From positions 1 to 31,363 of the forward strand of contig JBEKXL010000024.1 in assembly GCA_049512075.1 (NCBI GenBank): a stretch of 31,363 bases of DNA, written 5' to 3'. Position numbers and translations under genes: made by a program. The notes beneath the pieces are model-generated. The model saw only the letters and a list, made by a program, of their open reading frames with translations, ran no database searches and was not told the DNA's origin. Source of the stretch: Candidatus Bathyarchaeia archaeon. Its GTDB lineage: Archaea > Thermoproteota > Bathyarchaeia > Bathyarchaeales > Bathycorpusculaceae. Of this stretch, positions 8,977-18,285 are shown in pieces (position 1 is the first letter of the stretch; each line of letters starts with the position of its first letter).

Positions 8977-9387
8977 TCAGAGTTTCCCCCTGCTACGCAT
9001 TTCGCCGATTTCTCTCTTGAGGAACAAATGCACGGTCACACCTTCTACCTTGACGTCTTTCCCAGATTTCAGCGTTAGAACATTGTCTCGGTCTTTATCT
9101 ATGTCGTAGATCTGTTTCTCTCGGCCAAGCCTTTCCATGACTACTATTGCAAGATTGACCTTCTTGCCCTTGTTGAGGAGTTGGCGGATGGTACTGCGAA
9201 GTTGTTCGATTGCGCGTGACAGATGATATCCGCCCTTTGATTCCTGAACGCCCCACATCGAGTTTGGATAATGAAAGTACCAGTCAGCTATCGGTTGATT
9301 CTTGTTAAGACCGAGCGCCCCTAACATCTCATCTTCACCATAGACTTCCTTTGGGGCTTGGTGAAGGGGCACAACCTCGTCGGACAA
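8977..9387 (-). CDS. Putative PD-(D/E)xK nuclease-fold protein
   Basis: IAD...VQESKG...RAIEQL pattern. Confidence 0.6.
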   Translation of the reverse strand: MSDEVVPLHQAPKEVYGEDEMLGALGLNKNQPIADWYFHYPNSMWGVQESKGGYHLSRAIEQLRSTIRQLLNKGKKVNLAIVVMERLGREKQIYDIDKDRDNVLTLKSGKDVKVEGVTVHLFLKREIGEMRSRGKL

Positions 9388-9857
9388 AGATCGCCCTCCA
9401 GACTACCCCCCATTCGAGGGTGCTTATAAGCAGGCGACAAGCTTGGCACGACTTTTCGCGCGGGAGACAAAGCGCGTCTTTGAGGAGATCTCCCGGAGTA
9501 GAAGTCAGTCTGGAGATACCGAGGTTGCTTTTGCAGTTCTGTGTCCAGACAAAGGCGGCTCGGTCCAACGAGTTACCGGTATGGTCACATTTGCTCACGG
9601 TCACTGGACACCTGAGCCTTCGAGTGCCATCCTTAGAGTAGAACATCTTCTAGTGAAGATGATCATTGCTGCGTTCAGCACTACACTAGCCGCTCCCGCA
9701 TTCCGACCGTCCTAATGTGATTCTCGTTCACTCAAACGACCCCCCCACAATCATGCGACCATCCTCCGATCCGGGAAGGATCCCTGTCACCTCCATGAAG
9801 TCTAGGTAGCAACTGTTTTTCTTGTCGAGTGGTAATGGTGGTCTGAGTCTAAGGTTC

Positions 9858-10238
9858 CTATTTTTTCAAGAATATATCAATCTTGGGTTTTAGCCCGAAT
9901 AAGCGCAGAACACGGAGACTTCGATTGACTAACCCATTTGCGTTCAAATTGACATCGACGAATATGTCTGTTCCCTGGATCTTAATGGGCTCCCAGAGTT
10001 GGTTTGCTCTACGTGAGAACCATACTCTCTTTGTGCCTCTTAATTCAAGTATTTTCGGAAATGCAGAAGGGTTCATGGCATAGACAAATTCACACGAATT
10101 CAGCAGAATGTCTCTCCAACTCTTTACAACATATCTGCGGCCTGCGATTGAGACTGAAGCGGGGCGATGTCCAGTGAACTTGAATTCGTATTCTGGAAAC
10201 AATCTTCCTCGGCCTCTTCCCACTTTGCTCATCCTCAC
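9858..10238 (-). CDS. Stand-alone SeqA-C-terminal-like DNA-binding domain protein
   Basis: VKSWRDIL..., LRGTKRVWFS, IQGTDIFVDVNLNANGLV match, from memory, the SeqA-C-like domain usually fused to restriction endonucleases. It starts 20 bp downstream of the MTase. Confidence 0.65.
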   Translation of the reverse strand: MRMSKVGRGRGRLFPEYEFKFTGHRPASVSIAGRRYVVKSWRDILLNSCEFVYAMNPSAFPKILELRGTKRVWFSRRANQLWEPIKIQGTDIFVDVNLNANGLVNRSLRVLRLFGLKPKIDIFLKK

Positions 10239-10258
10239 AATTAGTTTGTAGCATGCTG

Positions 10259-12661
10259 TTAGAAAACATCTAACTTTGCTTGCTTTTCCTCTCTAATCTC
10301 GTTCGGCGACCTGATTTTCTTCTCGAAATCAGTCAATGTCAGGCCTTTCCGACTCTTTGTTAACTCGTACAATTCCTCTATGTCAGAATAGTACATGAAA
10401 CGCCAACCGTATCGTTTGATTTCCTCACTGAATTTCTTCTCTTGAAACTTGCGTTTGAGTTTTCCCCTTCGTTCTCGTGGTGTCACGAAAATGCGGCGTA
10501 TCCCTTCCGTATTCAAGTTAGAACCTCTATCTATGCCATCACTGAATCCTGTCGAATGTTCAACCTCAAACTCGTAGATTGGTGCGGCAGCCCTGAGCCA
10601 AATTGCGTCTATCCTCATTACTCTGTCTGGGTTGTCAGATTTGAAAGGCAAAGAGGGTACTCGACGCTCTGGAAGATCCGCGATAATGCCGAAGCCTAGT
10701 TTTTCACCGATCTGTGAGACTAATTCGACGATTACATTGTGCTGGTCAATTTGCCGCTTCACTGCTGGTTTGAGTTTCCATTTGCCATCTCTTTTTTGAG
10801 CGTACTCATCGAGTATTTGTCGTACCGTTTTTGTGTCTGGGGTCAAGGCATTCGGAAACTTGGTGAAGATTTCCTCCATGATCTTGTCGAAGGAAACTTT
10901 GTCCTCTCTGTTGAGCATAGTAATTACCGTGTCTTCTACTCGTTCGTTCAGTGGGACTCGTTGAATGAAGGGAATCTTTGAGGGATCTTTGAACCACCAT
11001 TTGTTATCTTCTAACACAAATGTCTTGTCAAGATTTTTCTTAAGTATCTCCTCTATTCCTTCAGGAGCGCTGAACAAGTATCCTTCTTTCTTTAGTTCTG
11101 CATAGATGTCGGCATAACTATTCAATATGAAAGTGTACGGCGTTGCTTCTCCTCGGTGCGCAATAAGATCGGTCACAGCGTTTAGCACGATTCGCTCGTA
11201 ACGTTCACGGTCTATCTCTTCAGTTGACAGAGCAGCGGAGGACTTCGCTGGTTTGAAGAAGCGTATGTAATAATCTCCAACAGCCGTCCCGTACGGATGA
11301 AGTGACCCTTTTGCGGATGGCATAGCAGGGGGTTGGTAAACAATCTTCTCAAGGTCGAAACCTGCCAGAACTGCTGCCTTGATGATTGCATTGTAGATGT
11401 AAATCTTAGAATTGTGAAACGTGACCGTCATCCAATGGTTTGGTTTCAGCTTGTCGCAAAGAAGCCGAAATACGATCTTGATAAGTCTCTCATATTGCTC
11501 AAAATCGCTTTTGTCCTTTCGCGCTGGGCTATCACTCATTATGATTTCGTCATCGAAGTTCACAGCGAACTGCATCCATTGGGACCATAGATAATGCAGT
11601 TCAAGGTACGGAACGCTATCAGCGTAAGGAGGATCTGTGAAAATGTAATCGATAGAATTGTCAGGGATGAACGAAAGGTTAGTGGCACTCTGGTTCCTGA
11701 TCAAAAAGTCTTTGTGCACTAGTTCGCCAAAGTCAGACGCTTCAGATACGCCGTCTAATGTTTCCTCAGTTTCTTTCTTGCCTTTTAGAACTTCGTCGAA
11801 CTGCCCTTTGAAATCGTTCCAAACATTCTGTTCCATGTGTACAGGTGGGACATAGAAGCCGCGAATTGCCCATCCGCGGCCAAGACTCCTGTTTCCCTCT
11901 ATCCTAATCAAATTAAGCCGACTGGATTTCATAATGAAACCGGTGAAGACAAAACGCATGAGGTTCTTGACAGCAGCATCTGTAAGCCCGTTGATTTCAT
12001 GTAGGAGCATCGATAGGGCAATCAGATTCCTTTTAGTGAATAGATCAGCGACTTTGGTTCCTTTATGGACATTAATCCTCGTATTCCAAATCAGTTCGAG
12101 CTTTGGAACAAAATATGAAATCCTCATCCTGTCGATTTTCTTTAGAAAGTGTAGGTCTTCAGGTGTAGGTTTCTTGCTTTGAATCTCTTTGCATTTACAG
12201 TGATACCATATCTCTACGGGGTATTCATCGCCTAGAAGGTCGGTTTTTTGCTTCCAGACAATATGACTTATGATCCCAATGCTTTTGCAGCGTTTACACT
12301 CAGTCTCATAGAGTCTGTAGATTTTGGACTTTACCGCAGCCTCGATGGTCTTGAAAGACTCTTGGAACTTGTCCAAGTCCACTGGTTCAATAGTTGTTCG
12401 GGTAATGAATATGGCCATCGGGTCAAGATCGACCGCAATCGTTTTTCGCTTAAGTCGTAGTGATTCAATCGCAGTGACACCGCTTCCACAGAACGGGTCA
12501 AGAACCAAGTCGCCCTCCTTCGAATAAACCGAAATGTATTTTGCGACTACATTATGCGGTTTCCTTGCCCAATACTTATGCATGAAGTACATCGGTGGAT
12601 GTGTTTGGGCGTGTTCAGCAGTGTTGATGTGCTGAAACTCAGTTTGGGCAACAGTAGCCAT
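10259..12661 (-). CDS. Amino-DNA methyltransferase fused to a C-terminal PD-(D/E)xK nuclease-like domain (R-M fusion)
   Basis: HKYWARKP, motif I LDPFCGSG, Cys pairs, motif IV FTDPPY, C-terminal RIDAIW...YEFEVEHSTG. Confidence 0.9.
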   Translation of the reverse strand: MATVAQTEFQHINTAEHAQTHPPMYFMHKYWARKPHNVVAKYISVYSKEGDLVLDPFCGSGVTAIESLRLKRKTIAVDLDPMAIFITRTTIEPVDLDKFQESFKTIEAAVKSKIYRLYETECKRCKSIGIISHIVWKQKTDLLGDEYPVEIWYHCKCKEIQSKKPTPEDLHFLKKIDRMRISYFVPKLELIWNTRINVHKGTKVADLFTKRNLIALSMLLHEINGLTDAAVKNLMRFVFTGFIMKSSRLNLIRIEGNRSLGRGWAIRGFYVPPVHMEQNVWNDFKGQFDEVLKGKKETEETLDGVSEASDFGELVHKDFLIRNQSATNLSFIPDNSIDYIFTDPPYADSVPYLELHYLWSQWMQFAVNFDDEIIMSDSPARKDKSDFEQYERLIKIVFRLLCDKLKPNHWMTVTFHNSKIYIYNAIIKAAVLAGFDLEKIVYQPPAMPSAKGSLHPYGTAVGDYYIRFFKPAKSSAALSTEEIDRERYERIVLNAVTDLIAHRGEATPYTFILNSYADIYAELKKEGYLFSAPEGIEEILKKNLDKTFVLEDNKWWFKDPSKIPFIQRVPLNERVEDTVITMLNREDKVSFDKIMEEIFTKFPNALTPDTKTVRQILDEYAQKRDGKWKLKPAVKRQIDQHNVIVELVSQIGEKLGFGIIADLPERRVPSLPFKSDNPDRVMRIDAIWLRAAAPIYEFEVEHSTGFSDGIDRGSNLNTEGIRRIFVTPRERRGKLKRKFQEKKFSEEIKRYGWRFMYYSDIEELYELTKSRKGLTLTDFEKKIRSPNEIREEKQAKLDVF

Positions 12662-12692
12662 AGAGAAGAATCACTTCAAACATTGAAATAAC

Positions 12693-12870
12693 TTACCGTT
12701 TGCTGGGGTTTTCCCATCTAGTGCCATGTGTGGTCGCATGTAGGAACGGTAGAATGAACTTCGAGCCGACGTCGGCTTCAGTGAACTCAGGACGCTTGCC
12801 AGACTGTTCCACTTCCCTCAGTTTGTTGATGAGTTGTAGCAGACTTTCTCTTGCGGCTTCCTTCCCTGCT
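12693..12870 (-). pseudogene. N-terminal fragment of an HsdR-N/Type IIG-like restriction endonuclease
   Basis: LLQLINKLREVEQSGKRPEFTEADVGSKFILPFLHA resembles the TEAxVxxKFIxPFLxALGW start of these enzymes, then breaks off. Confidence 0.6.
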
Positions 12871-13115
12871 GGCAAGTCCTGTGGCTCCGATGATCCGGCA
12901 GAATTCTTTGATGTTTTGCTTGAAGGGGCGTGCAAATAGAATAGTCTTGCCATATCTCGAAGCCTCGAGCGAGGCTTCCTGGGGCTGGAAGCGACTTGCA
13001 GAGGGGCCATGTAGAACACCTGGCCGGTTTAGTCGTTAGTGCGCGGGCTTCTTTGGTGGCTGTGGTGGTAGTGATTGCCCGCTTTGACAGCGGGCGCCAC
13101 AGGGTCTCGGAGAAT

Positions 13116-13997
13116 TCAGTTGCGAGGCTTGCCCAAACGTCTGCGCTCTCGGGTTCCTGAGGCACGGTCTCCGTCCTCAACTCGGACAGTAAGCACGGGA
13201 AGGGATAGTATGATGAAGAGTGGGAAGACCAGGAAGGCATCGATGTTCCAGAGCAACTGTACGCCGAACGCGAAATATAGAAAGAGCGTGACAGTCGCGG
13301 CGATCGGGGAATAAAGGAAAGTCATCAGGCAGTACACAAGAACAGGGATCATTCCCGTTATGACCACCTGCGTCAGTTCCAATACTGATAGATTGTAGTA
13401 GATCGGGATGAAGATGCCGAGGTAAACGAACAACAGCAGCGCCGACGAAACCCAGGGTTCCCAGTCTCCGCTCAACCGCAAACCGTCTTCGAGCACGTGC
13501 CTGACGCTGGGCAGCTTCATCTTCTGCATCTCCAAACGCACCATCCTCCAGTAGATGGCCAAGTTCAACGCGAGCGGCAGGGTGAACGTCAATGAGATGA
13601 TGAACCGGCTCGTCGGGGGAACTATCGCCAAATCGATCAGGGGGGCAAGAAGAGCGAACAGATAACCGTACGCTTCGAGCCCTTTCACGGACAAGACTAG
13701 AACCATGCACGAGACGAGCATCGCGAAGAAGAACCCGGAAAGTAGTCTCAAGTACGGGATCGAATACGCGTGTCCAACGGCAAAGGAGAGCGAGCACAAA
13801 CCAAGCATGAATCCTGCCACAATCACCAGATTCTTCGAGATTCTACCGGTCGCCTTTGAAACTGCATTGTTGCCGTAGTGAATCGCAATGTGTTTCATGT
13901 CGATGTATATCGCAAGAATCACGAGATAGAAGGCAATCTCGATGCCCGCGCTCAAGACATCCCAGATTGACAGCGTCGTTCGCAGGAACGTCGACAA
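13116..13997 (-). CDS. Multi-pass membrane protein of unknown function
   Basis: 293 aa with roughly 8-9 hydrophobic segments. Confidence 0.75.
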   Translation of the reverse strand: MSTFLRTTLSIWDVLSAGIEIAFYLVILAIYIDMKHIAIHYGNNAVSKATGRISKNLVIVAGFMLGLCSLSFAVGHAYSIPYLRLLSGFFFAMLVSCMVLVLSVKGLEAYGYLFALLAPLIDLAIVPPTSRFIISLTFTLPLALNLAIYWRMVRLEMQKMKLPSVRHVLEDGLRLSGDWEPWVSSALLLFVYLGIFIPIYYNLSVLELTQVVITGMIPVLVYCLMTFLYSPIAATVTLFLYFAFGVQLLWNIDAFLVFPLFIILSLPVLTVRVEDGDRASGTRERRRLGKPRN

Positions 13998-14927
13998 CTC
14001 ATACCCAATCTAGAATTCATGGCGCGCCGCGTATTTGTGCTAACCTATCCAGCATCCGATCCTCAGCGGTAGTTCAGCGCAGTTCAGATTCGGTAAGACC
14101 TGGCATAGCAGGATTTACTAAAACTCTGCTCCCCTCCCCTGTTCCTTCATTTTCAACTTTCGGAGAATCTGCCTGTCAGCTTCGATGTGCTGGTCAAGCT
14201 GATGGCGGGTTAGGAAGCTTCGCGCAGCACGCTTTCCAGGAAAAACGTCATTTGAGAAAAGCCAAGTAGAGTCCTATCCGTGCAAGGAAACCGACTCCGC
14301 GTTTGATGCCTGTCAGTTGTGTTTCAGCGAGTAGATAATCCGTGATTTTTGCAATGATCTCCCGATATTCAATGTTGAGAGCACGGTAGGGTCTAACAAG
14401 CACTGCTTGCTGATCCATCTCTCTTAGCTCGCTATGAAGAGTTAGAACTGCCTTCAAATTCAGTGATTTCAGTTGCTCAAGTTTGGCCGCTCCGACTGCC
14501 TTGTAGCGTGTTTTGCTGAAACTTTGCTACTCTTCATCTTTGATTCCTCGTATGATGGCCCCTAACGCGCCTCAAGGACACTAGCAAGAACGGAATCTTT
14601 GTGATCGTTCCTGACGTTTTGCATAGGGGGTGTGTCATGTGTCAGGGCGAGTTTTTCTTAACCTCGGTGATTGCAGAGTAGCTGTGTAAAGTGGCAAGTG
14701 GGCACGATGACCGGCTCGGAGGATGACCAATCGAAACCGTTTGAACTTAGATCTCGATTGAGCGGATCAAATGACAGAGAAAGCGCGTCATGCTTCCCGT
14801 CTAGGCTTCGCGCGGTTGCCTAAACGGTGGGTTCTTGGGGAGTGGCGGACCTCCATCGTTGAAGAGAGCGACGGCGGTCAGACGAGGCTGAAGGAGCACA
14901 GTGGCCGGAGCAAAAGTCGTGTGCCTT

Positions 14928-15161
14928 CTAGTAGACAGTTATTCTTCCGTTCTCGTCGTATGCGAACTCGATCTTTTCCCTCGCCCATGCAGGGATTCTG
15001 TGGCCAGGGTAGATCTTACGTATGTAGCCGAGCAGCCTTGCCGCACCTTCCTTGTTTCCGGCGTCGTATTCTTCGTTTGCTTTCTGTATTGCCCAATGTA
15101 TTTTCTCATGCAGTCCGCTCATCTTCTTCACCAAGCCCCCGCTTCCTCTTTTCGGTGCCAA
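14928..15161 (-). CDS. Small hypothetical protein (start probably at the internal Met, MSGLHEK)
   Basis: Protein-like ORF at the end of a three-gene minus-strand cluster. Confidence 0.55.
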   Translation of the reverse strand: MAPKRGSGGLVKKMSGLHEKIHWAIQKANEEYDAGNKEGAARLLGYIRKIYPGHRIPAWAREKIEFAYDENGRITVY

Positions 15162-15189
15162 AGCGCCCCTGGGCCGAGCGGTATCTCCC

Positions 15190-15462
15190 TCAATGTCTCA
15201 GCCCCGTCTCCCAGCACGGGGTACCCGGACGCACGTAGCCACCGCACTCCCCGCAAAGGTACTCGCCTCTGGAGTTGAGGCATCGGCTATCGTCCTTGGC
15301 GTAGATGTCCGAGTGGCCGGGGACGGGAGTGCCGAGCGTGACCCGCGACGACGTGCCGTCGCGCCTGTACACGTCGACCATCTCGCCCGCACGGGCACCG
15401 TCCGCGTGGACACACCACTCCTCGCCGACCCGCACCCAGTAAGCCCTCCTGCCGCCCGTCAT
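15190..15462 (-). CDS. Small phage-like protein with C-terminal CxxC...CWETGxxH metal-binding motif
   Basis: LCGECGGYVRPGTPCWETGLRH. Locally high GC. Confidence 0.7.
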   Translation of the reverse strand: MTGGRRAYWVRVGEEWCVHADGARAGEMVDVYRRDGTSSRVTLGTPVPGHSDIYAKDDSRCLNSRGEYLCGECGGYVRPGTPCWETGLRH

Positions 15463-15483
15463 TCAGTCCGCCCGTCATTCAGT
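15452..15483. repeat. Exact 16-bp tandem duplication CCGCCCGTCATTCAGT x2
   Basis: Copies at 15452-15467 and 15468-15483. Confidence 0.95.
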
Positions 15484-15607
15484 ACACGTTGTCGCAGGCT
15501 AGGTGATACTTGCATCCGTCGAGGTCTCTGTATTGGTCGTCTCGCGGCAGGACGATTCTCCCACATTGCCCACAATTTGTTCCTTCTCTATTGCCATCCG
15601 TATTCAT
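15479..15607 (-). CDS. 42-aa zinc-finger microprotein (not in ORF track)
   Basis: MNTDGNREGTNCGQCGRIVLPRDDQYRDLDGCKYHLACDNVY has CxxC...HxxC. Its stop abuts the next ATG (TGAATG). Confidence 0.6.
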   Translation of the reverse strand: MNTDGNREGTNCGQCGRIVLPRDDQYRDLDGCKYHLACDNVY

Positions 15608-15722
15608 TCATGTTCACGCGCACAGTGCATGTGGAAGCGCGGCCTAAACAGTCGGACACCTATGCCACGTGGTGGCACCTACGGAAGCCTCAAATGCGTG
15701 AAGACTTCCGTGCATCAGACAT

Positions 15723-16127
15723 GTGGAGACTTTGCCTGCAAGCGATCAGCCCGACGAGTACGAACCCATAACGATTCAAGTCAACTTCAAAAAGCAGGGA
15801 TATGCGACAACGTCAAGACACGGCCAGTCAGTCGACGCAAGACTACACAGACCAATACCACGCATTGCAGAAATCAAGGAAGGAGAGAGTTTCCTGGTCT
15901 ACGTCGAACGCAACAAGAAAGCCATCCTCCTCATACGCACGAGCGAACTCAACAACAAGGAGAACGTGCAGAAAGTGTTTGGAGGCATGGGAGGCTCACG
16001 GCTACTGACGCCTGAATTCATCGACCGCGTCCTCGACGGAGTGGGCAGGGCCCGGATGGCGGCACTGTTCTCGGCAACAGGCGGGAGGAAGCCACGGACG
16101 AAGCGGCTAAGCTCCAGGCACCGCTAG
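15723..16127 (+). CDS. AbrB/SpoVT-like regulator (divergent)
   Basis: SRHGQSVDARLHRPIPRIAEIKEGESFLVYVE follows the swapped-hairpin pattern. Confidence 0.55.
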   Translation: METLPASDQPDEYEPITIQVNFKKQGYATTSRHGQSVDARLHRPIPRIAEIKEGESFLVYVERNKKAILLIRTSELNNKENVQKVFGGMGGSRLLTPEFIDRVLDGVGRARMAALFSATGGRKPRTKRLSSRHR

Positions 16128-16176
16128 GACTTCGCTCCTGCAGACTTGGACTCTTTCATCCCACGAAAGATCAGGC

Positions 16177-16624
16177 TCAACTCGCTGCGGCGTTTCCCAG
16201 ATCGGAGTATGAGCCCTCAACGTATGGTGTGTTGAGGTCGTTCAATCGCAACTCATACGCATAGCTGACTGAATGGCTCGGACCCATGTAGAAGACGTCA
16301 AAATAGTAGTTGTCATTCTCAGTTTCTAGTACCCACAACTCATGGAAGCTCGATGGTCCAGTCATGTTGTACAAGTTAAGCAGGCTGTAGAATGTTGACG
16401 CTTGGGGCGGAAACGGTGCTAGTGCCTACAGACTGTGTACCCGTAAGGCGGTGGTAGACGAGCCGTCGCCGTAGTGGAAGAGGTACAGGTAGAAGCCATT
16501 GGATGACGCATTGAAGAGATACAGATACGCAATGTAGAAGTCGTTCTCTGTGACGTTCACTAAGCCGAATAGCCACCAAGAGAATCCCACGGTGTGAAAT
16601 GAATCGTTGTTCCTTTCTTTGCAA
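16177..16624 (-). pseudogene. Fragmented aromatic-rich, possibly surface/secreted protein
   Basis: Frame-broken pieces SWWLFGLVNVTENDFYIAYLYLFNASSNGFYLYLFHYGDG and ELWVLETENDNYYFDVFYMG have similar composition. Confidence 0.45.
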
Positions 16625-16725
16625 AGCGCAAATTCATGTTGGCAACCCCCTTGGCGGTAGGTCCTTGAGCGGCTCAGCCCTGTTCACCCTTCTTGAGAAA
16701 GAAGAGGAAGGAGCGGAGGAACGAG

Positions 16726-17664
16726 TTAGTTGGTTGACTTGCTCTGCTCCAGCATCTTGTGGGCTTCTTTGAGTTCGTACGGATCGGTTGTGGTGCGTCC
16801 GATTCCTGCATCCACGATTATTCGGTCTAGTTCTTGCTCCGTATTTTCAGAGCTCGCTCGCCCTTCATCCTCTATTGTCATTAAGAAAATGTTTTGCCCC
16901 ATACTGCGGAGCGTTCTGCTGACCTTCCTTCCCTTCATGAAGCGGGTCCATGCCGCGTTGACGGACTGCTTGACAGGGATTGCGAGTTGGTCGTACTCTT
17001 TTCTCACGATCACGACTACAATTTCAGGGTGAACCGCCAACTCTGCAGGTAGCCTGACACCGCACCCCTGACAGAATAGTCCCCTGCCGGGCGTCAGCAC
17101 GGTTGAACATTTCGGACAGACCGGATTGATGAGGAATCGCTGTCGGTCCTCGCTTGGCTGCGGAGCAGCGGGCACCTTTGGTTTCGTTTCTTCCTCAACT
17201 TTTTCGACTGCCGGTTTCGGCACCGTCACCGTTGTGGTCGGGGTGGAGCGTTCAGGCCTGATGGGCACGTCAAATTCGATCTCGATTGGCTCCTGGACTT
17301 CCCGGCCCGCCAACGCGTCAGCCCTATCATTTCGATTCGGCTGCAGAACCGCGAAGACCCGATTGAAATAGGCTAAGTCCTTCCCGTTGTTCGCCTCTGC
17401 TATTACGGGTGGAGACAAAACCAGCTTTACTCTCTCACACAGCAAAATAGTTGATGTACGAAGCGGAATACGTTTTCCGTTGAGGTACTTTACCTCTTGC
17501 TGTTGGTACATCCAGCTCGAGTGTTCATTCAGGTACGCCTGGAAGCTTTCAACACCCCCAAACGCCTGCTCAACAAGTTCCTCCACTCTCTTATTCAACC
17601 GCAACCGCAACACCAAACACACATCCTCCTCCTTTCCTTTCTTTCTGGTGTGGGAGGGGTGCAA
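16726..17664 (-). CDS. Hypothetical protein with internal zinc ribbon
   Basis: CPKC...FCQGCG, Pro/Thr linker. A GAGGAGG SD suggests a start near 17620. Confidence 0.75.
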   Translation of the reverse strand: MHPSHTRKKGKEEDVCLVLRLRLNKRVEELVEQAFGGVESFQAYLNEHSSWMYQQQEVKYLNGKRIPLRTSTILLCERVKLVLSPPVIAEANNGKDLAYFNRVFAVLQPNRNDRADALAGREVQEPIEIEFDVPIRPERSTPTTTVTVPKPAVEKVEEETKPKVPAAPQPSEDRQRFLINPVCPKCSTVLTPGRGLFCQGCGVRLPAELAVHPEIVVVIVRKEYDQLAIPVKQSVNAAWTRFMKGRKVSRTLRSMGQNIFLMTIEDEGRASSENTEQELDRIIVDAGIGRTTTDPYELKEAHKMLEQSKSTN

Positions 17665-17697
17665 CTATGGCAGTCGCACCGCTACTGTGATAGTTGC
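17661..17697. promoter_or_regulatory. 37-bp imperfect palindrome between divergent genes (operator candidate)
   Basis: GCAACTAT-G-GCAGT-CGCACCGCT-ACTGT-G-ATAGTTGC, followed by TATAAA at about 17710. Confidence 0.55.
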
Positions 17698-17746
17698 GTG
17701 GCGTCACCTATAAATCAGATCCTGCATCTTACCCTAGTGACGGCAG

Positions 17747-17956
17747 ATGTACTCACGAATATTGACGGCGGTTGAAAGGAAAAAAATCAGAACCTACCTC
17801 AAAACGAACGGGAAACGGGATTCAACAATAAGAGTTTTTGTCTCACGAGCACGACGATATCGAGCGCAAATTCAGTCTGATCTTCGACTTATGGAAGAGC
17901 TGGTCACGAAGTACGAGAAAACCAGAAAGGTCATTCAGGTGAGGGTTCGGCACTAG
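17747..17956 (+). CDS. Small basic hypothetical protein
   Basis: ATG ORF downstream of a TATA-like box. Basic and helical (ILTAVERKKIRTYL...IQSDLRLMEEL). Confidence 0.7.
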   Translation: MYSRILTAVERKKIRTYLKTNGKRDSTIRVFVSRARRYRAQIQSDLRLMEELVTKYEKTRKVIQVRVRH

Positions 17957-18285
17957 GTATTCTCTAGCCTGAACTAGAAACGACACTCTTCCGTGACCTG
18001 CTTTGAGCTATAGTCGTCATGTGTATAGTCGCTTTTTCTCTTTCACAGGCTCGCTCTGTGTTCGCTCTTCCAATACTCGCACTCTTTCTTGTTTTTCTCT
18101 TTCTGACAGGATCCGGGCTTCTCAAAACTACGGATGCTCTCAAGACTGCTGATGCTTATGATCCCGGATTTCTGAACCCGTTATGTGGCTCTTCACCTCA
18201 AGATTTTGACCAAACGTTCCTGGCCTATCTGGGCTTCATTCGTCAGCCAACTCTCCCTCGGCTCTGGACTCTCGTCGGCGGCAGT

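Noticed and set aside
14248-14560. Intact gene at 14248..14457
   Set aside because: The frame extends upstream through a TAG with no clear start or family. Probably a fragment, and too uncertain to call.
15052-15771. Long plus-strand ORF (239 aa) and similar shadow ORFs (13177..13797, 24050..24598, 28046..28531, 6801..7328)
   Set aside because: They overlap better-supported genes in another frame or strand and have no motif or protein-like composition.
16640-16725. Structured ncRNA or IS end in a GC-rich intergenic stretch
   Set aside because: No convincing ribozyme core, terminal inverted repeat partner or transposase found.
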